From a virus (lineage: Duplodnaviria > Caudoviricetes), in the IMG/VR virus record IMGVR_UViG_3300042837_000036, positions 1 through 28,885 of that record: a stretch of 28,885 nucleotides of DNA, one strand, 5' to 3'. This document shows, piece after piece, positions 24,762 to 28,885 of the stretch (positions within the stretch are counted from its first letter, which is position 1; each line of letters opens with the position of its first letter). Both the position numbers and the translations under genes were made by a program. The notes under the pieces are model-generated. The model ran no database searches, was not told where the DNA came from, and saw only the letters and a program-made list of their open reading frames with translations.

Positions 24762-24869
24762 CCGTTTACTATCCAATATTGACAGTCTGGCTTTGGGCCG
24801 TGTCACGGTGGTCGGAGCTATGGGCCGCACCCAGTACGAGAAACCCTTCTCTTACAAAGGTGCGTTGCG

Positions 24870-26597
24870 ATGGAATTCGAGATTCCGACCAACCTCGGTG
24901 ATCTGACGAGCGCGGCTCTTACCGCGAAGGCAGCTACTGCCAAGGTTGAGTACGACACGCTCTACGCGAGCGTCACTCCCGACACGGTTACCGAGGACAA
25001 CCTGGCGGCGCTCAAGTCGCTGCACCAGTTCTTCTCCATCACCGTCCCCAACGAGATTTCCGGTCGCGAGCGCCGGGCAGCCGAGTTCGCCGCGATCGGT
25101 ACCGCCCCCGAAGAGCCTGCTGACGACGAGACCGACGGTGGCGACGAAGCCGCAGTCGACGCTGTTGTTGCCTCGGCCGCAGTGGCTGCCGGTCCTACGA
25201 TCACAGTGACCCTGGCCGACATCATCAAGGCCACCGGTGGCACCGCCAACGACACGATGCCAACCCCAGCGGAGCGGCCTCGCTACTCCACCCTGGTGGC
25301 AGCTGCGGGTGTGCCGAACACCGAGGCGGGTCAGCAGCTTGCATCCCTGCTTGACGTGGCGAAGGCATTCAACGACCGCACCGCTGGCTTCTCCGGCATC
25401 CGTGGCGGCAACTCCGGTCAGGGTCCCACCCACTACCCGGTGGCCACGCTTCGGCGTGAGTACCCGGAAGAGTTCTCCATTAACGACATGGACGAGTGGG
25501 GAACCTGGGAGAAGCTGAACAAGGTTGCCGACGAGAGCCGGCTTCCGGGTGGCTCCCTCCTGCAGTCCGTGCTGATGCGGCAGAAGCAGCTGGAAGACAC
25601 CCCCCGCTCCATGGTTGCGGCGGCTGGCTGGTGTGCCCCGTCGGAGACCGACTACGACATCTGCCTTCAGATCACCACGGACGGCCTTCTGGACGTTCCT
25701 GAGGTGCAGGCACGTCGGGGCGGCATCCGGTCCAACACCGGTATGGAGTTCGATGCGATCTTCGGTGCCGGCACCGGCTTCTTCAACCTGACCGAAGCGC
25801 AGGTCGCGGCGGGCACCACGAAGACCTGCCTTGAGATCCCGTGCCCCGACTTCACGGACACCCGACTCGGTGTGACCGGCCTCTGCCTCACCGGCAACAT
25901 CCTGTCGATCCGGGCATACCCGGAGGCTACGGCGACGTTCACCCGGGGTGCGCTGGCGGCTTCCGCGCACCAGATCAACCGGGAGCAGATTGCGGCGATG
26001 GTGACCGGCTCCACGTCGGTGAACCTGACCGGTGTGCAGCCGTGGCTGTCCGATGGTTCCACCACTTCCAACGTGATGTCTGCGGTGGAGCTGGCGATCA
26101 CCGACATCAAGTACCGGCTGCGGCTGATGAAGTCGGCCACCCTGGAAGTCATTCTTCCGTTCTGGGTGCTGGCTTCGATGCGGGCTGACTGGATCCGCCG
26201 GACCGGCATGGACAACTCGCAGCTGGCTCTGGCCGACTCGGCGATTATGTCCGCGTTCGCCACCCGGGGCGCTCGTCCGCAGTTCGTTTACGACTGGCAG
26301 GACGCGTTCTCCAACGGTGCGGCAACCGGTGCCGGTGCGGACACCGCGATCACCAACTTCAACTCTTCGCTGCAGTTCCTGGTCTACCCGGCCGGGACCT
26401 GGGTGCGGGCGGTTAACGACGTGATCACCCTGAACTCGGTGTACGACTCGACCAAGTTGGCCACGAACCAGGTGACTCACCTGTTCACGGAAACCGGCTG
26501 GGCCATGATCAAGCACTGCCCTGTGTCTCGCGTGTACACGGTGCCGGTCTGCCCAAGCGGTAAGACCACCATCGCTGGCACTCTCACCTGCCCGTAA
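24870..26597 (+). CDS. Major capsid protein with an N-terminal scaffold-like region
   Basis: AAAGWCAPSET.YD, LLD.PEV...RGGI, TKTC.EIPCP.F, QFVYDWQ, YPAGTW and L..VYDS.....N....LFTE. Strong codon bias and an acidic/Ala-rich N-terminal extension. Confidence 0.92.
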   Translation: MEFEIPTNLGDLTSAALTAKAATAKVEYDTLYASVTPDTVTEDNLAALKSLHQFFSITVPNEISGRERRAAEFAAIGTAPEEPADDETDGGDEAAVDAVVASAAVAAGPTITVTLADIIKATGGTANDTMPTPAERPRYSTLVAAAGVPNTEAGQQLASLLDVAKAFNDRTAGFSGIRGGNSGQGPTHYPVATLRREYPEEFSINDMDEWGTWEKLNKVADESRLPGGSLLQSVLMRQKQLEDTPRSMVAAAGWCAPSETDYDICLQITTDGLLDVPEVQARRGGIRSNTGMEFDAIFGAGTGFFNLTEAQVAAGTTKTCLEIPCPDFTDTRLGVTGLCLTGNILSIRAYPEATATFTRGALAASAHQINREQIAAMVTGSTSVNLTGVQPWLSDGSTTSNVMSAVELAITDIKYRLRLMKSATLEVILPFWVLASMRADWIRRTGMDNSQLALADSAIMSAFATRGARPQFVYDWQDAFSNGAATGAGADTAITNFNSSLQFLVYPAGTWVRAVNDVITLNSVYDSTKLATNQVTHLFTETGWAMIKHCPVSRVYTVPVCPSGKTTIAGTLTCP

Positions 26598-26607
26598 GTA
26601 GCCCTCC

Positions 26608-26631
26608 GGGGGCCCGGATAACCGGGCCCCC
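26608..26631 (+). other. GC stem-loop after the major capsid gene (stabiliser or attenuator)
   Basis: GGGGGCCCGG-ataa-CCGGGCCCCC, a perfect 10-bp stem. Confidence 0.6.
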
Positions 26632-26657
26632 ACCGGCCACTAAAGGGAGGTGACCAA

Positions 26658-27509
26658 GTGGCCGCACTTGCGCCCCCGTATCTCATTGACCAGCCAGCAG
26701 CGCCGCTGGTTCCGTATGGGTTGTTCCGGGTCGCGACAGGTCCGATGCCGTTTCCGGTGGAAGCGGCTCAGGCCGGTGGTGTCATGTACCAGCCGGACGA
26801 CTGCGAAGACGACGTCTTCCTGCGGATGGTGGCGTGCCCTCCGATCACCGGCACGATCTCGTTCAGCGGGATCGAGGCCGCGATCTCCGGGGCACCATTC
26901 ATGGTGTACACCACCTACACCTGCTCCACGATCGGTTACACGTTCGACGAGCAGGCCCAGCGGGTCCGTACCCGTCACGCGCTGCGCCGCCAAACGGCTG
27001 TGGAGCGTCGCCTGTGGCAGGGGCAGACCTCAGCCACCGACGGCAACATCACCGGCCTATTCGCTGGGGCCACCAGTCTCGGTTCGGCCTCCTGCGTTAC
27101 CGAGGCCGTAGAGATGCTGGAACAGACCCTGGCGGATAACGGGGTCTTCGGTGGCATCATCCACGCCCGTCCAGGAATGGCAGCCCACTTCGCTCAGGCA
27201 CATGTTGTTTCCGACCGCAACGGTCGCAAGGAGACGTACCTGGGCACCCCGATCGTCTTCGGTCAGGGCTACTCCGGTGTTGGTCCCACGGGACAGGCAC
27301 CGACCACAGACGTGGAATGGATGTACGCCTCCGGTCGGGTCATGATCTGGAGCCACGACGAGACCTGGGTTCCCCCAGTGGGTGAGACCACCAACCGGTC
27401 CCTGAACACGGTCAACCTGGTTGCCGAGCAGACCTACGCGGTAGCGGTGGAATGCGGAGTCTGGGCTGTCCAAGTGACCAGGAACTGTGCGACAACGGGG
27501 GCGTCGTAA
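26658..27509 (+). CDS. Minor capsid/decoration protein
   Basis: SD GGGAGGTG; P..YGLF..A, PF.VY....CS, AVER.LW, T.LGTP.VFG.GY, W.YASG.V and AE.TY.V..EC motifs; follows the major capsid gene. Confidence 0.7.
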   Translation: MAALAPPYLIDQPAAPLVPYGLFRVATGPMPFPVEAAQAGGVMYQPDDCEDDVFLRMVACPPITGTISFSGIEAAISGAPFMVYTTYTCSTIGYTFDEQAQRVRTRHALRRQTAVERRLWQGQTSATDGNITGLFAGATSLGSASCVTEAVEMLEQTLADNGVFGGIIHARPGMAAHFAQAHVVSDRNGRKETYLGTPIVFGQGYSGVGPTGQAPTTDVEWMYASGRVMIWSHDETWVPPVGETTNRSLNTVNLVAEQTYAVAVECGVWAVQVTRNCATTGAS

Positions 27510-27739
27510 TGGCTGTGCTGTATCCGCGTGACGATTTCGCCAGGGTGTTCCACGTGCTTCTGGATCTGGCTGGCGGCAACGCCTCCGTGATCAAGACCAC
27601 GACGGATGGCCCAGGACTGGGCCTGGTGATCTCGGACGAACTGTTTGATCGCTTCCTGGAGGCGGAGTCGGATCCCGCTGAAGAGGAGCCCCAGGCACCA
27701 AAGAAGCGTCCTGGTCGGCCTCGTAAGGTTCAGGAGTAA
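27509..27739 (+). CDS. Small hypothetical virion-operon protein
   Basis: TAATG coupling with the upstream gene; C-terminal KKRPGRPRK (AT-hook-like). Confidence 0.7.
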   Translation: MAVLYPRDDFARVFHVLLDLAGGNASVIKTTTDGPGLGLVISDELFDRFLEAESDPAEEEPQAPKKRPGRPRKVQE

Positions 27740-27742
27740 GTC

Positions 27743-28447
27743 ATGGCCTCTCGGTGTTTCACCCCGTTTAAGATTCCCCGGGTCCGTGTCACGACCCTGA
27801 ACTCCTGTGGCCAAGCTGCCACTGGTTCCTGCGCCACGGTGACATCGGATGGCATCATCTCCGTCGCCGCGACCAAGGAGTATGAGGACCGGCAGGAGTT
27901 CTTCGTCAAGAACGGTGACGGTCTGTTCTGTGTCCGGGAGACCAACGCACCGATCCTGAAGTGGATCAACCTGGTGTTCACGTTCTGCAACGTGGACCCG
28001 GAGTTGCTCAACATCATGACCGGTAACACGTTGGTTGCCGACGACTCCGCAGCCGCTCGTAAGACCGGCTGGAACGAGGACGAGAACTCGGCCACCCTGT
28101 CCAACTTCGCTTTCGAGGGCTGGACCCGGCTGACGAACACGGGCGTGGCGTGTACCGGTGGTGCTGAATACGGATACGTGCTTTACCCGTTCGTGGTTCA
28201 GGGCACCGTCGGTGACATTACCTGGCAGAACGATGTGGTCAACTTCATCGTCAATGCCCGGACTGCCAGCAACTCACTGTGGGGCGTTGGTCCGTACTTT
28301 GTGGACCTCTCCGATAACACGGGAACGCTGGATCAGAACATCAAACTCCTCACTCCCATCGGTTCCACGACGCACTCCCGGATGTTCATTACCCGGAAGG
28401 CTCCGCCGGATTCAGCCTGCGGCTGTGTTCCGCTGTTCGTCGCGTAA
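27743..28447 (+). CDS. Major tail (tube) protein
   Basis: RVT.L..CG, E....N..G..C, L.FC.VDP....IMTG, FA.E.W, YGY.LYPF and WG.GPY motifs; size and position fit. Confidence 0.78.
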   Translation: MASRCFTPFKIPRVRVTTLNSCGQAATGSCATVTSDGIISVAATKEYEDRQEFFVKNGDGLFCVRETNAPILKWINLVFTFCNVDPELLNIMTGNTLVADDSAAARKTGWNEDENSATLSNFAFEGWTRLTNTGVACTGGAEYGYVLYPFVVQGTVGDITWQNDVVNFIVNARTASNSLWGVGPYFVDLSDNTGTLDQNIKLLTPIGSTTHSRMFITRKAPPDSACGCVPLFVA

Positions 28448-28482
28448 CCTGAAGATCGCTTTGAACGCAGAGGGGAGGGGGC

Positions 28483-28885
28483 ATGGTGGACGTATTCACG
28501 ACACCAGCTCCCTCCCTTCCTTGCAACTGGACCCTGGATGTTCCTGGTTGCTGTGACGCGGAGTTCTGGAACGCCCTAACACCAGAAACGCAGGAAGCTG
28601 CCAGCGAATACGGGGCATTCACGGTGTGGGCGGCCACCGGACGCCGATACGGCCTCTGTGAGCGCACCGTCCGTCCCTGTGGTCGTCAGTGCAGCGGCTG
28701 CCAGCAGGGCTGGTACTGGTCTGATGGCTTCTTTGTTCCGTACATCCTCAACGGTGAGTGGCGTAACTGCTGGTGCGGAACGGATGGCGGGTGCTGCACC
28801 TGCGCACCACGCTGCCAGGTGTGGCTACCGGGTCCGGTGGCTTCAATCCCGGTCACCGGGGTGTCGGTGGACGGTGCGGTGATTC
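28483..28885 (+). CDS. Cys-rich head-to-tail adaptor protein, 3'-truncated by the window edge
   Basis: Open frame MVDVFTTPAPSLPCNW...WAATGRRYGLCERTVRPCG...LPGPVASI...VSVDG runs to the window end; SD GGGGAGG upstream. Confidence 0.72.
   Translation, partial: MVDVFTTPAPSLPCNWTLDVPGCCDAEFWNALTPETQEAASEYGAFTVWAATGRRYGLCERTVRPCGRQCSGCQQGWYWSDGFFVPYILNGEWRNCWCGTDGGCCTCAPRCQVWLPGPVASIPVTGVSVDGAVI

Noticed and set aside
24852-26633. 593-aa minus-strand ORF
   Set aside because: It is the antisense shadow of the codon-biased major capsid gene and has no recognisable motifs.

Overview
This window is a ~29 kb, GC-rich segment of a tailed dsDNA phage or prophage of an Actinobacterium. The WhiB-like gene, actinophage-type capsid and tail genes and leaderless sigma-A-like promoters support that host assignment. 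Layout from left to right: (i) 1-3150, a rightward accessory block with an amidoligase, a class II glutamine amidotransferase and small proteins, separated by hairpins and a tRNA-like minihelix, and strongly enriched in CACAG. (ii) 3150-4650, two non-coding tracts (a composition-skew switch and an AT-rich tract) around a TerS-like gene, which may include the physical genome end or an origin. (iii) 4650-6135, XRE regulator, lipoprotein, membrane protein and WhiB-like gene. (iv) A ~290-nt structured non-coding segment, then a leftward replication/recombination arm (two ParB-like proteins, primase-polymerase/SF3 helicase, SSB-like protein, Cas4-like exonuclease, two HTH proteins). (v) A rightward virion operon: TerL, membrane protein, portal, MuF-like protein, an antisense HNH endonuclease, capsid maturation protease, a 1200-aa ADP-ribosyltransferase/HeH-repeat/zinc-metallopeptidase protein with a tiny antisense partner gene, major and minor capsid proteins, tail tube and head-tail adaptor. 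No integrase, DNA polymerase, lysin, CRISPR array or canonical tRNA was seen. All product calls come from motif recognition by eye; no database searches were run.
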